Assembly: GCA_964016885.1 (NCBI GenBank)
Contig: OZ024759.1
Span: 33,046,001-33,110,000 of the forward strand
DNA length: 64,000 bases
Direction of reading: 5' to 3'
From: Eledone cirrhosa
Lineage: Eukaryota
Below are positions 41,306-56,682 of the stretch, piece after piece. The position numbers and the translations under genes are program-made. The notes beneath the pieces were generated by a model. It had not been told where the DNA came from, did no database searches, and worked only from the letters and a program-made list of their open reading frames with translations. The stretch's first letter is position 1. The number at the start of each line of letters is the position of its first letter.

Positions 41306-41487
41306 ATTATTATTGTTGTTTATTACACTTAGAAGTCGGATTAATTGTGAAGTCTCCATTAAAACTAATGATGCATAAATAGTTTAAACTTAAACCATTC
41401 TAATAGTGCGGAATATTTGTTCGATGCACTAAACGAAGTCTAGAATCTAGTGAGAGCATTGGAAAGAGTAAATGGGGTATAAGAAGG

Positions 41488-41562
41488 CTACATGAAGGGG
41501 TATATGAAGGCTACATGAAGAGGTAGATGAAGAGTACATGAAGGGGTACATGAAGGGGTACA
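41488..41562 (+). repeat. Short 11-12-bp minisatellite (TACATGAAGGGG)
   Basis: About six degenerate units. Confidence 0.8.
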
Positions 41563-41764
41563 GAGTTGGGCATTAGAGGGGCACAGAGAAAGGTTACATG
41601 AAGTAAATTCTAAAGATGTATGGCAGTCGCCACCCCACACTCTAAAAACTAGGGCCTGCGAACTATTATGTGACGATGGAAGCACAATGGACAGGTATCC
41701 CGAGACCCCAGGGAGGGTCCGGAAGGAAGCAATCCTTGACAATAATAACCATTGAGAACAATAA

Positions 41765-42566
41765 TGGTTTCTGATTTAGGCACAAGGCCAACAATTTAGG
41801 GTGAGGGGAAAATAGATTAAATCGACCTCGAAATGATGATAAACAAAGCTCACCTTAGCGGGATTTGAACTCGGAATGTAAAGCGTCACAACTATGAGGA
41901 GAAGCATTTTATCCAACGCTTTACCGAAACTGTCAATCCCCCATTTGGGCAAAATAATTGTTTCTACTTTTGGCACAAGGTCAGCAATTACCCAGTGCAT
42001 TACTGGTACTTTATTTTACCGACCCCGTAAGGGTGAAAGGCAAAGTTAACCTCGGCGGGATTTGAACTCAGAATAGCAAGGGCCGTAACTCTATGCCTCA
42101 AAGCATGGCGTCCGACCCTCTACTGATACTGCCAGGGAAATAATTGTTTCTACTTTAGGCACAAGGCCAGCAATTACCCAGTACATTACTGGTACTTTAT
42201 TTTATCGACCCCGTAAGGATGAAAGGCAAAGTTAACCTCGGCCGGATTTGAACTCAGACTGTAAAGGGACGTAACTATGCTAGAAAGCATGGCGTCCAAC
42301 CCCAGGGAAATAATTGTTTCTACTTTTGGCACAAGGCCATCAATTATCCCAGTGCATTACTGGTACTTTATTTTATCGACCTCAGGGAAATAATGACTGT
42401 CAACAAGGAGCAGTTCCTTAATAGGGTTCCTGTACCTCAGCTTGTAATTGGTACTTTATTTGATCGACAAAGCCAACCTCGGCGGGATTTGAACTCACAA
42501 GGTAATTGGCCACAGTTATAACACAAAACATGGTGCCCGGCGCTCTACCGATTACTGCCAATCCAC
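41765..42566 (-). mobile_element. Cluster of five co-oriented SINE copies (41765-41942, 41959-42132, 42145-42302, 42315-42382, ~42430-42566)
   Basis: Each matches the SINE consensus; the three young copies are each followed by CAGGGAAATAAT. Confidence 0.9.
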
Positions 42567-42918
42567 AATGATACTTGCCACAGCCGTTGATAGAAGACTA
42601 TACAATGTCACCAAGGTACAAAATATATTGTCAAGTCCCGATATTTCCCTCTATGAGGAGATACAGAAATTTACACGGATTCATTTAACATTACCCATCC
42701 CAACTTTCTACATAGAACAGATTTCTAATGAAAAAATACAAACAGCAGAAGCTTAACACTTTAGCAAGTATTGATGTGTTGGCCGAAAATAAATCTTGAA
42801 ACAAGTCACACCATATAATGTTTTATGCCCATCACCGCCTCACACAAACATGCGCTCGTATATAGGTATATGTATGATTTTATGCATATGTAGGTATACG
42901 TATACACACATGTATGTG

Positions 42919-42989
<71 letters not shown>

Positions 42990-43007
42990 ATATCTCTCTC
43001 TCTCTCT

Positions 43008-43062
<55 letters not shown>

Positions 43063-43113
43063 TACATAATCATACACATACATATATAGTCATATATATT
43101 TATATATACATAC

Positions 43114-43158
<45 letters not shown>

Positions 43159-43166
43159 CATATGTG

Positions 43167-43220
<54 letters not shown>

Positions 43221-43231
43221 CATATGTGCAC

Positions 43232-43263
<32 letters not shown>

Positions 43264-43449
43264 AGAAAGTAGAAAGAATAAAAAATCCCAAAACAACAAG
43301 CAGAAAACAATAACAATAACAATATAAAAAACATCACATCAATTGGGAAATAATGTAGTTGTTTATTTATCAGTTCAAATATGTTTCATTGATAAATAAA
43401 CAACATCGACAGATGAGAAGAGAAAACCAGTTTATGTTTGTGTGTGTGT

Positions 43450-43465
43450 GTATATATATATATCT

Positions 43466-43496
<31 letters not shown>

Positions 43497-43744
43497 TTTG
43501 TATATATATATATATATCTTTGTATATATATATATATATATCTTTGTATATATATCTATATATATCTTTGTATATATATATATATATATATCTTTGTATA
43601 TATATCTATATATATCTTTGTATATATATATATATATCTTTGTATATATATATATATATATATATCTTTGTATATATATATATATATATATATCTTTGTA
43701 TATATATCTATATATATCTTTGTATATATATCTATATATATCTT

Positions 43745-43779
<35 letters not shown>

Positions 43780-43820
43780 TTGTATATATATATCTTTGTA
43801 TATATATCTATATATATCTT

Positions 43821-43863
<43 letters not shown>

Positions 43864-43964
43864 TTGTATATATATATATATATATATATATCTTTGTATA
43901 TATATCTATATATATCTTTGTATATATATATATATATATCTGTGTATATATATATATTTGTATC

Positions 43965-44008
<44 letters not shown>

Positions 44009-44176
44009 TATATATATATAAATCTTAGTATATATATATATATATCTTTGTATATATATATTTGTATCTTTGTATATATATATATTTGCATATATATATA
44101 TATATTTGTATATATATATATATATATTTGTATATATATATATTTGTATATATATATTGGTATATATATATATATT

Positions 44177-44217
<41 letters not shown>

Positions 44218-44242
44218 CACATATATATATATATATAGGACG

Positions 44243-44295
<53 letters not shown>
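43450..44295. repeat. (TA)n punctuated by recurring TCTTTG (compound minisatellite)
   Basis: Direct reading; more than 20 TCTTTG/TTTG interruptions. Confidence 0.92.
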
Positions 44296-44296
<1 letters not shown>

Positions 44297-44699
44297 CAAT
44301 CCAACAATAGCAGGTATCTGTGAAAATACATCTTCCATCAGAGAAGTAACTCTTTCTGTGTTGTTTTGTTTGTGTGTTGTGTGTGTATTTTGTGTGTGTT
44401 GTTGTTTGTGTTTGTTGTGTGTGTCGTTGTTTGTGTTGTTCTTGTGTTGTTGTTTGTGTTGTTCTTGTGTCGTTGTTTGTGTTGTTTGTGTTGTTGTTGT
44501 GTTGTTCAATATGATAAAAAAATAACATATTTTAAAAAGAAACAAAACAGGTGAGGAAGATAATGTTGAGAAATGAGGAAATATGTCTTTGTTATTTGAC
44601 AAAAGGTAAGAACAGGTAAACAATTGGAGATGGAAGACATGATGGAGAATGGAAGATATAGGGAGGGGGAAGAGAGGAAGAAAACTGAAGATGAGAATG

Positions 44700-45320
44700 T
44701 AAGAGAGGAGAGAGAGGAAGGAGAGAGGGATTAGAGAGAGAGAGGGAGTAGAGGGAGAGAGGGAGTAGAGAGAGAGGGAGTAGAGAGAGAGAGGGAGTAG
44801 AGAGAGAGAGGGAGTAGAGAGAAAGAGAGTAGAGAGAAAGAGAGGGAGTAGATAGAAAGAGAGAGGGAGTAGAGAGAGTGTAGGGTGTGAAGAGAGAGAG
44901 AGAGAGTGTAGGATGTGAAGAGAGAGAGAGAGTGTGTAGGATGTGAAAAGAGAGAGAGAGAGACAAAGAGGTGATAGAGAGAGAGAGACAAAGAGGTGAT
45001 AGAGAGAGTGGAGGGTGTTAAGAGAGAGAGAAAGGTTTGAAGATAGAAGGGAGAGAGAGAGTAAGGAGTAAGGAGATATATGGAGGAGAGGGAGAAGAAG
45101 GAGGAGAGATAGGAGAGAGAGAAGAGGGAGGAGAGATAGGAGAGGGAGTAGAGAGATAGACAGAGGAGAGAGAGAGAGAGTGGGGTGTGAAGAAAGAGAA
45201 ACGTGTGAGGAGATATAAGGAGCAGAGAGAGAGAGAGAGAGAGTAGGAAGTAAGGAGATACATCGAAAAGAGAGTAGGGAAGAGAGAGAGTGAGAGAGAG
45301 AGAGAGTAGGCAAGAGAGAG
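44700..45320. repeat. Polypurine (GA)n tract with GGGAGTA sub-repeats
   Basis: Direct reading. Confidence 0.9.
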
Positions 45321-45496
45321 TAAAAGAGAAATTTGTTATTATATGGAACTTTATAAATATGTTAATAAAATATAAGTAAATTTTAGATTCTGTGAAAATA
45401 AATTAATGCATGGATTACAGAATATATAACATGGATGGATCCCTGTTCAATATATCATTTAATATATCATGTTTTTGTGAAATACACGAAGCTTTC

Positions 45497-45556
<60 letters not shown>

Positions 45557-45571
45557 CATATATATATATAC

Positions 45572-45664
<93 letters not shown>

Positions 45665-45686
45665 CATATATATATATACATACATA

Positions 45687-45790
<104 letters not shown>

Positions 45791-45833
45791 TATAAATATA
45801 TATATATAATGAATATATATACATATAAAAAAT

Positions 45834-45869
<36 letters not shown>

Positions 45870-45946
45870 TATGAAATACTATTGGCTTCACGCTCACAAT
45901 AATTTCTATACTTTTATTTATATATATATATATATATATGACTTTT

Positions 45947-45985
<39 letters not shown>

Positions 45986-47222
45986 TATATATATAATGAA
46001 TATATATACGTTTAAAAATACACACACACATATATATATATATACATTAAAACAAATATACACACACATATATATATATATACATATAAAAAAGATACAT
46101 ATATACATATACATATATATAAACAAATTTTGTTTATATATATGTATATATATATATATAAATAAATATTATACAAAAAGATACACGCACACACATATAT
46201 ATATACACAAACATATATATATATACACACACATTTATATATATTGTTTGTTTTATTTCTGTTTGTTTTTTTAAAGATATTACCAAAGAATTTGAAACCA
46301 ATATAATGTAGTTAACCCCCCCCCCCCTGCCATCACGAGGAATGCAATAGATATTATATTGTTAGGAAAATATACATGTCAACATAAAACTTGGGTTACA
46401 TGGTTAAATATAATCGAATTTATATATAAGATTTAAGTTAAATTTAACCTAGATACTACTACAGTCTTTTAAACTAGGTAGCTTCGCAGTGGAAACAATG
46501 GATTTGTAAAGTGTAACCTCTTTTCTGTTATTTCAACACACGTATACAAAAGAAAGATATAGTTACATTAACTCTATCATCAGGTGTATATACGGCATAT
46601 AAATTAGATTCATAATTTGTGATATATTCTCTATCCATTATGACATAAAACATCATTAGAAATATATCCTTATTTACAGTGGTTTACATTTTCTAATAAT
46701 GATAAGCGAAGAAATCTGCAAACTACAGCAAAATCTTCGCATACGTTTTTTGACTAGTTGAAAGTCTTAACAAAACGCACCGCATTTTACAGAGAAAGGT
46801 TCTATCAGGAGATATGGTACCATACCATATGCTGCGGCCTTAATTGGTAGAGTTAAGTAGCAGCAGAACTAACAGAGCTCACGAAGCAACTCCCAGCAGG
46901 TGATATCACGTTTAGTGATTCATTTAACCCGGATAGTAATCTTCATTGAATCTGTGAAATTGCATTCAAAATGTTTCGCTTTTTTTATACCAACCTCAGA
47001 CATGCAATCAGAAAAAGCAACACATGATATAGACTTAAATAACTGTATCTATTAAGAAACAGCTTTTCTACTCGGCCATGGAAGATATGTCATTCGGAAT
47101 GACATTTGAACTTAGAACGTAATGGAAGAGTGTTAAGAACTTAGGAAGAAAGAATTTCCGCCTTCACTTTGTGAAATCATCCAATTACTGGCCACAGAAA
47201 ATTTAAAATACATGTATATATG

Positions 47223-47315
<93 letters not shown>

Positions 47316-47378
47316 ATGTGTGAGTTTTTGAGAGAGTGTATGTATTTTTCACAAGTATCTATGTATGCAAATAAATAA

Positions 47379-47424
<46 letters not shown>

Positions 47425-48090
47425 AAATGTGTATATATACACATATATAAAAATATATGTGTGCGTGTATTTTCCACAAGTAGATGTGTGTCTGTATATT
47501 AATATGTTCGCATTTTAGAATATGAGGAAACCGATAGGTCGTTATGAGGAAATAGGTGAGGCAAAGGATAAAGTACATTTTTAACTTATGGTGTTAGAGA
47601 ATTTTTCATTATAACCACAACATTTACTGGCCAACTGTGTGTATTAGTGGTTGTCAGAAGAAAAGCATATTAAATACTATAGATCATACATTTAATTGCT
47701 CCGTTCATCTATGGAAACATCAGCTATGCTCAACGATTTATTGGACTTTATCGTCCTCATATTTAATTTTAAGTTATGAGGAGTGGAGATAGACGAGAGT
47801 TGGGAGTGAAGATAGACGAGTTTTGGGTGGTATGTGGTTGTGTATATTTTTGAATATGATGTCTGCAACTGATATTGGAACACGTAAAATAGAACTTGCC
47901 TGGCTTTCATGCCATTGCTTTCATTCATTCAATTTACTTAACAGCTTTTGATTATCTGCAAAATTGGTACAAGCACAAATTATGTTTTGCTTCCGTCCCG
48001 TCAACTCTCTCTCTCTCTCTTCTGTCTCTATACTTATATGTGTATATATATATATAAATGTAAATATGTATATATATAAATGTAAATATG

Positions 48091-48173
<83 letters not shown>

Positions 48174-48184
48174 ATATATATATA

Positions 48185-48308
<124 letters not shown>

Positions 48309-48342
48309 TATACATATATATATAAATGTAAATATGTATGTG

Positions 48343-48373
<31 letters not shown>

Positions 48374-49093
48374 GTGTATATATAAATGTAAATATGTATG
48401 TATATATATATAAATGTAAATATGTATGAATATATATATATATTTAAATATGCATGTATATATATATATATATATATAATGTATGTATATATATATATAA
48501 ATATGTATGTATATATATATATATATATATTTAAATGTAAATATGTATGTGTATATATATATATATATATATGTATACATATATATGTACATATATATGT
48601 GTGTGTGTGTGTGTATACATATACATATATATATATATATATATATAAATATATATATACATTTAGATAGATGCAGATAGATAGATACATAAATAGACAG
48701 AGACATACATACATACAGAGAGACAGGTAGATATAGAGATAGATAGAGAGATATATAGGTTTTTAATCAGTTTAATTATGCTTACAGAGCCAGTAAGCCA
48801 TGGCAGAGTAGAAGATGTATTTCAAATTTCAAATTCTTGAAAGAGACTGAGATAAAAAGGAAAGAAAGAGATGAATAAGGAGACTTATAGAAGCCTAAAT
48901 CAAAGAGAGAGATATGTGAGAAGAAGGAGGACGACTAAGCCCAGATATAACCAGGGTTGTTAACTGCCTTTTATATATGGGACAATATAGAAACAGAGTG
49001 GAACCAATGACGTCCTCCAGAGATATTGCCACGAAGACTCAGTATATGAACAACAAACCTGTAACAATATATATGTGTTCATATATATACCAC

Positions 49094-49157
<64 letters not shown>

Positions 49158-49208
49158 TGATAAAGAGAGAGAAAAAGAGAGAGAGAAAGAGAGAGAGTGA
49201 ATGAACTG

Positions 49209-49247
<39 letters not shown>

Positions 49248-49369
49248 AATGTATATATAAGTAAACAAATACACACACACACATATATCTATATCATTAT
49301 ATATAATGTACACACATACCCACATATGAATATATATATATATATATATATATACTACACACACATACA

Positions 49370-49402
<33 letters not shown>

Positions 49403-49993
49403 GGTATGTGTGTGTATTATATGGCTGAATGTTAATGTGTCTGCTAAATATAAAAAAGGGAAGAAGAAAAACATGTCGCAAACATGAAAAATAAACAACC
49501 ATACAAAACAATGTGGCACCTATCGACAGAGACGTCTTTTCCTTAGGTATTTGTTTGAACGCATTACCCAAATTCTTTAGTCTCTTTATTTAAAATATCG
49601 AACACGTATCTATATACATACATATATATATATATGTATATACATACACACACACATACTCACAAATATATATATAAATGCACACATACATATATATATA
49701 TATATATAAATAAATAAATATACATACATATAAATAAATATATACACATACATATAAATAAATAAATCCACATTTATATAAATAAATTAATATATATATA
49801 TATAATCCTTTGAAGAGATGAGACATTCTACAAATATATGGGATTCCTTCTAGAATAACAGTTATAGCTTAGAATAATTCACTGCAGAATCTAACCTATT
49901 TTTTTTCTTCCTACCCGACATATTTTTTGATAAAAGCTCTTTTCAAATGATTCTCCATTACATATTCTGGCACTCACATTTATGTATGTATGT

Positions 49994-50048
<55 letters not shown>

Positions 50049-50744
50049 TATGTGTGTGTGCGTGTGTGTGTGTGTTTGTGTCTGTGTGTGTGTCTGTGTA
50101 CATTGTATGTATTTTTATGAGTAAAAATAAAAATCGTCCTACTTCAATCTTTTATTCTAGAAGAAATCTATCAATGGAATGTAAATAAGTAATAAGTAAA
50201 AATATTAAAAGGGAGGAAAATAATAAGGAAGAAGAAGAAAAGGGTAGTCGAAGAAGAAGAAAAAGAGAAAGATAGAAAAAAACATGTAGAAGGAAAAAAT
50301 GCAGTAGAAGAAGAAGAAGTAGAAGAAAAAAGAAAGAGATAGAAAAAAATGTAGAAGGAAAAAATGAAGAAGAAGAAGAAGAAAAAGGAGTAGAAGAAGG
50401 AGTAGAAGGAAAAGAAGAAAACGAGAAAGAAAAAAGAAAAGAGAGAAGAAAAAGAAGAGGAAATAGGAGAAAAAAGGAGAAAATAGGAGAAAAAAAGAAA
50501 AGATAGAAGAAAAGGAAGACATGTGAAATGAAAAAAGTGAAAAATAATAAAATGCAAAAACATCTAGAGTGTAAAAATGTGATAACAGTTCTGGAGGGAA
50601 TTGAACAGTTTTGGTGAAACTAAAGTATATTAAATATAGTGTATATTTATATTATCAGTGGTAGAATTTCACATTGTTTTATATACTTTGGAGAGTGGGC
50701 TGGAAACTTCATAGAATGACTATATATATATATATAATAAAAAT

Positions 50745-50825
50745 GGCGTAGAGATACAATACAACAGGAGGAGACATAATAGTACGACTGATGATGTTGC
50801 AGATGTGCAACGAAAGAACTTTGAT

Positions 50826-50890
<65 letters not shown>

Positions 50891-51052
50891 CTGTAATTTT
50901 AACCGTTGGTCAATCAATGATAAACGTTGATTGCCAAATAAATTAACTGTGGAGGTATAAAAGATACAGAATCGAAAACCAATCACACAGTGAGTGTGTT
51001 CTGTTATGATTTCTGGCAATATTATTACAACAATACGACCCTCCCCAAGTCT

Positions 51053-51058
<6 letters not shown>
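50745..51058 (+). mobile_element. HHR-element family B copy (HHR-like 50778-50832)
   Basis: CTGATGA(50788)-T-GTTGCA GATG TGCAAC-GAAA(50812)GAACTTTG; homologous to 28322-28600. Confidence 0.85.
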
Positions 51059-51097
<39 letters not shown>

Positions 51098-51281
51098 GTC
51101 CTCTCCACAAATAGATGTGATATTCTAGCCGGTTTGAAACGTCCGTAGGTATATATAATTAAATATTAATAATACTGTCCTTGGTTTTCTTAAATTTTGG
51201 AATAAATAGATTGAGAGAGAGTGAGAGAGAGAGAGGCAGATGAATACACATACACATGAATGACGCTCGACTCTATAGGAG

Positions 51282-51379
<98 letters not shown>

Positions 51380-52449
51380 TACACATACATGGACATTTTA
51401 AGCAGATTTTTTCCCCGACTCGCTAATCTTACGAGTGAATCTATACATATTTTGGCGAATTAGTGCAGCTCTATTTCTATTTATCATTATTCATTGGATG
51501 TAGTATAGGAGCAACAAAGTTTCTGCTTAAAGTAATATGGAACATAAAAATATAGAATAATAAAGAGATAAAAAAATGAAATAAACCATGCAGAATCTTG
51601 TAATCTGAATTCAGTTATGCCGAAGAAGGAAATCTGGAGTCTGGGTGAAAGAATACTAGTGTTCATAATATCCTTTATTAATCCACTGAATTATTCCGTC
51701 TTTGTTCTACAGTCTAACACAAATGACCTTTTTCTTGACCGTGCATGTGGAAATGGAGACACAGATGTTTCTCAAAGATTGAGATCTAACGAAATCGTTG
51801 AAGATTTGGATAAAATTTGATTAATAAACATTGCTTTGCAATAGACTTCCGTTAAGAGGTATCTAGAGAAGGCAATTGTGTTTCCTTATTACATGCGTTT
51901 CAGTATCTGCGTTAGTGTTTGTATGAGTTTATATGTGTGTATGTGTGTGTCTATGTATGTGTGTGTGTGTGTCTCTGTGTGCGTGTGTGTGCTTCAGTAA
52001 CTGTGTATGTGTGGGTCTGTGTATATATGTGGGTGTGTGTGTGTGTGTGTTTGTGTGGGTCTGTCTGTGTGATCTTTGTATATGTGTGTGTATGTGTGTG
52101 CATATGTGGGTATTTGTGCATGCTTGAGTGCATCTGTATATATGTCTATATGTATGTGTATATATGTATACGTATCTATGTGCTTATGTGAATGCGTAGT
52201 TGCATGTATGTATATATATATGTGTGCCTGTGTATGTGAATGTGTATGTGTGTGTATTATATTCAATATTTGCCAAAGGAACTAGTACTAATTATTAGTT
52301 TCTCTCTGCAAAAGAACGTCTACTCCATATTTCAATGGAGACGATCATTCTTAGTCCAACTAATATTTTACCTCTCAGCGTTAGAACATTTGTTTTGTTT
52401 TTATCAGTTGATATTGTTTTGTTTTCATCTGTTATATACTTGGGGTGGA

Positions 52450-52660
52450 GACACGTGGCTTTGTGGTTAGGATATTCGACTCACGATCGTAATGTTCGTG
52501 AGTTCGTGTCCCGACGGTGTACTGTGTCGTTGAGGAAGAAGTTATATCTCACGTTGTTCCAAGTGAGTCAACGGCCATCTATTAGTGTCAATAGAAAGAC
52601 GCGTAGACAGGGCTGTTGAGCTTGTAATGGCTGTCTTCCTAACAGAAGGATGATAGTGCT
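52450..52660 (+). mobile_element. Old tRNA-derived SINE of another family
   Basis: GTGGCTTTGTGGTTAGGATATTCGACTCACGATCGTAATGTTCGTGAGTTCGTGTCCCG (A/B-box-like head) followed by CTGTGTCGTTGAGGAAG. Confidence 0.6.
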
Positions 52661-52974
52661 CAGTCAATTTCGAGCTATCAATAGCTTCATTGTTGGAGTG
52701 ATGGTGTTGCTGTAGCCAGCTTCCGAGTAACGATCGGAGAATGATTCAGGACCCATCTAGATCAATTATTTTAAAAATGAGAATCCATGACATACATCAT
52801 AATATAGAACATTGGTGTAAATTGTCCATGGTATCCGACACTCGGAATATAGGAAGGGAAGGGACCTGATTTGATTCCCTACCTGTTGAGTTTGAGAACA
52901 TAAAAAACATGCGGTCTAATAAATCGATTAAGGAGTTGTGTTGACAATCATTGCCACCATTCTCGGAAGAAACA

Positions 52975-53041
<67 letters not shown>

Positions 53042-53670
53042 AAATAAATAAGATACACATATACATATATACATACATAAACAATTAGATACATGCATAC
53101 ATACATACATATATAAATACATACATATACATTTACACACACAAACAATTAGATAACAACAGAATACAACAAGATATTTTCAAACCATGTAAAACGAAAC
53201 AAAATGAAGAAACATGGAAAGAGAATAAAAATACATATGACAACATTTCAATTAAAGCAGCAAAAACATGGCAAAAACAAGCCAAACACAAAGCAAAAAC
53301 TAGGCAAAAATTAGACAAAAAAGATGGCGGCCAAGACAATAAAAACATGAATAACGACATTCTCCTGATGTGCATCATAAATTACTACTTTAGTTTCTCC
53401 AGATCTCCCTTTGTAAATATATAAAATGAAGTGACACCTTCTCCTCAACTAAACTTCTTAATGTAAGTCGTAAAAATACTTAAATAATCACTAAAACATT
53501 TATTCTTTACGTTGCGGTTGTTTCAGTTTTCTCCAAGGATTTCCGACATCGGAGAACGGCCAGGACGTACACATACACATGTGAACACACGGACATACAC
53601 ATACATACGCATATATATATATTTACCTAAATACATATATATAAGTATATACACTCATACACACACATAC

Positions 53671-53722
<52 letters not shown>

Positions 53723-53771
53723 ATGTGTCGATAAATATATAAGTATATACACCCATACACACACATACATA

Positions 53772-53802
<31 letters not shown>

Positions 53803-53940
53803 GTATATATATATATATATCTATATATATACTATCGCCATTCAATCTGTCGATGTGTGTTCACGAATGTCTCATTAAGAACACATATGAAATGCATATT
53901 TCTGTACATTCATACATATTTACACACACATACACACAGG

Positions 53941-53989
<49 letters not shown>

Positions 53990-54036
53990 CCCTGTGCGTA
54001 TGTGTGTGTGGAGATACAGATATATATATAATATAC

Positions 54037-54114
<78 letters not shown>

Positions 54115-54273
54115 TATGTGTATGCGTGTGTGTGTATACGTGTGTACACACACACACACCTGAGAATATCTTTATGAATATTTGAGATGTTAGCGAGTAA
54201 CTTAGAAAAAAAAAATCTTACCAAACTCTTTAATAGTTATTATGCGCATGGAAGCTTTCCTCTTACCCGCTCC

Positions 54274-54341
<68 letters not shown>

Positions 54342-54884
54342 TATACACCACACAATTATAGTCAATACATTTACATATATATATACATTTATAATCGTAC
54401 ATGTGCGTCTTAAATTCGTGTATTAATTTTTGATCACCCTCTATCAACTTGCGTAGGTGTAAGTGTGGCAAATAAGCGGTTGTTGAAAAAGATGGCGCGG
54501 GTTTTATGTGAAGGAGCATCAATGGAAGAGGAGGAAGACGGGGAAGATTGCAATACCTAGTTTATATGTGTTAATGTAACATTTATTTTTTCAATCAACA
54601 CAGAATTCTTTATAAGCCCCCAATGGAACATATTCCTTCTCTATATCAACTTGTTCCATATGTTTTCATTGTATGTTTATTTATTTTCTATGTATCATTT
54701 TTCTCTCACTCATGCTGAACACTATCAAAAATCTAAACTCATACACATACATAGATATACACCTATACAGACACACACATATACATACCTACATACAGAG
54801 ATACATATACAGCCCCTCCACAAACAGATACATATATATACTGCCATCCACTCACATAAACACAGATACACAAACACACCCATA

Positions 54885-54935
<51 letters not shown>

Positions 54936-55347
54936 GCATATATATTTATGTATATAACATATGTGCATATATGTGTTTGTGTAGATTCTGTCATATGTCG
55001 TTTAAAATACACGCAAATGTATATATCTATATCTATATATATATATATATATATATACTTACGGCCAGAATGGTATAGCAAGCTACATTGGGTACAATCA
55101 TAGTTCCTTGATTTTCCTGGGAAAAAGAGATATTAATCTCGAAATATCAGGACATATGAATAATTTAAGGCAGAAAAACACCACTCGTTTCTTTCGACTT
55201 GATTATCTTCCTTCCAATCCGCATTGTCATGGCTTTCAAACTTCGAATACTTTATGGCCATGGTTATACGTTTGTATCGCTTGGGTGAAGTGACCGTTTC
55301 TACGCATGCGCGTTCATACCGTTGTTCTTCCTGTTCCGTATAACCAT

Positions 55348-55400
55348 GACCAGTACGAGCTGAAGATCCGCTAAGGTGAAACAATTGTTCTCGGTATGGT
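55348..55400 (+). ncRNA. Complete minimal type I hammerhead motif
   Basis: ACCAGTACGAG-CTGAAGA(55360)-TCCGCTAAGGT-GAAA(55378)CAATTGTT|CTCGGTATGGT; palindromic stem III ACAATTGT; the element ends at about 55427 in (TA)n. Confidence 0.7.
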
Positions 55401-55424
55401 GAACTAATTGTTGTGTTACCACTT

Positions 55425-55469
<45 letters not shown>

Positions 55470-55524
55470 AACACACACATTATACATATATGTATACGTA
55501 CATTCATACATACATATAAGTATT

Positions 55525-56500
55525 ACAGGATATCTATGGGCCATTGATGAGAAATTTGCAGATTCAATAGCCAAAATATAGGAGGAAACAGAGGCCTATA
55601 ATTATTGGACCTGTAGTGTACGTAGATGAAAAACCATGTAGGATACTCAGGGTAGAAATGCTTCTGGCAATCAGTGATTGGTTTGGAATCAACGAAGCCT
55701 CTAACAATAGCAGCAACAATTACAATAACAAAGACGATATTATTCTACCAGTTGCAACAACATGAGAAAACAAAGTGAATAATATGGAGGACAACTTCAG
55801 TTGCATCAACAACGACGAATTTGACGTATAGAGCTATACATAATGAAATATATCGTTTTATTTTCCACAAAAACAACAGAAGTGTTGCGAAACCCTATCC
55901 AAGTAAAATTGATGAGAAAATATTAAAACAAATACGTGAAACTAGCAAATAATCAAAACCCCATCAACTTGACAATGATGGAAGACATTAGAAATGTTTT
56001 ATTTACAATGTAAGACTCCAACTTTCTCTAAAATATATATTTTGTTTATATTCCATTTGCAGGACGATCAAAGCAATATCTTGGGGATATAAACAAAATA
56101 AATAGTTTTACACACATATCTAAATAGACATAAGCAAGAAAATATAAAGGCAAACATATACATAGGCAAGAAAAATACAGCATATATCTGTAAATTAAGA
56201 GAAAAGAAAGATGGTTATGTAAAAAGTTACAAAAACCAAAAGAAAAAAAGGTAATCTAGAAGAAAAAGATTATTGGATAAGTTTGGATACTTAAAACGTA
56301 GGAAGATAAACAGCTTCAGCCGTAAACTCATCTGATAACGTGATATAACAATGAGAAATAAAAAGTAAGACGAAAAATATGTTCCGAAACATCAAATTGA
56401 GAATACTTGGCTCTCGGGCATCTTTTAAAATGTTGAACAGATTATATTAATCCCATATCAAATATCAAGAGTGGGTATATGTGTTTCTTTAACAAATGAA
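55525..56500 (+). pseudogene. Heavily decayed LINE reverse-transcriptase remnant
   Basis: Ordered motif traces across frameshifts: QDIYGPLM (compare QGxxxGP), IIGPVVYVDE (compare YxDD), QYLGDIN (compare KYLG); many stops. Confidence 0.4.
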
Positions 56501-56650
56501 AGCTAAAAATGTGTACAAGAAACATCAGATACCAGAAGGTATCTCTCAACAATAATAGGAAGAGTCCTTTTATGTTAGATATTTAGTCCAACATGACGCC
56601 ACGGCTGCCAGACTTGAAGGACTTATGCAAAGAACGGAATGGGTCTGCGC

Positions 56651-56682
<32 letters not shown>

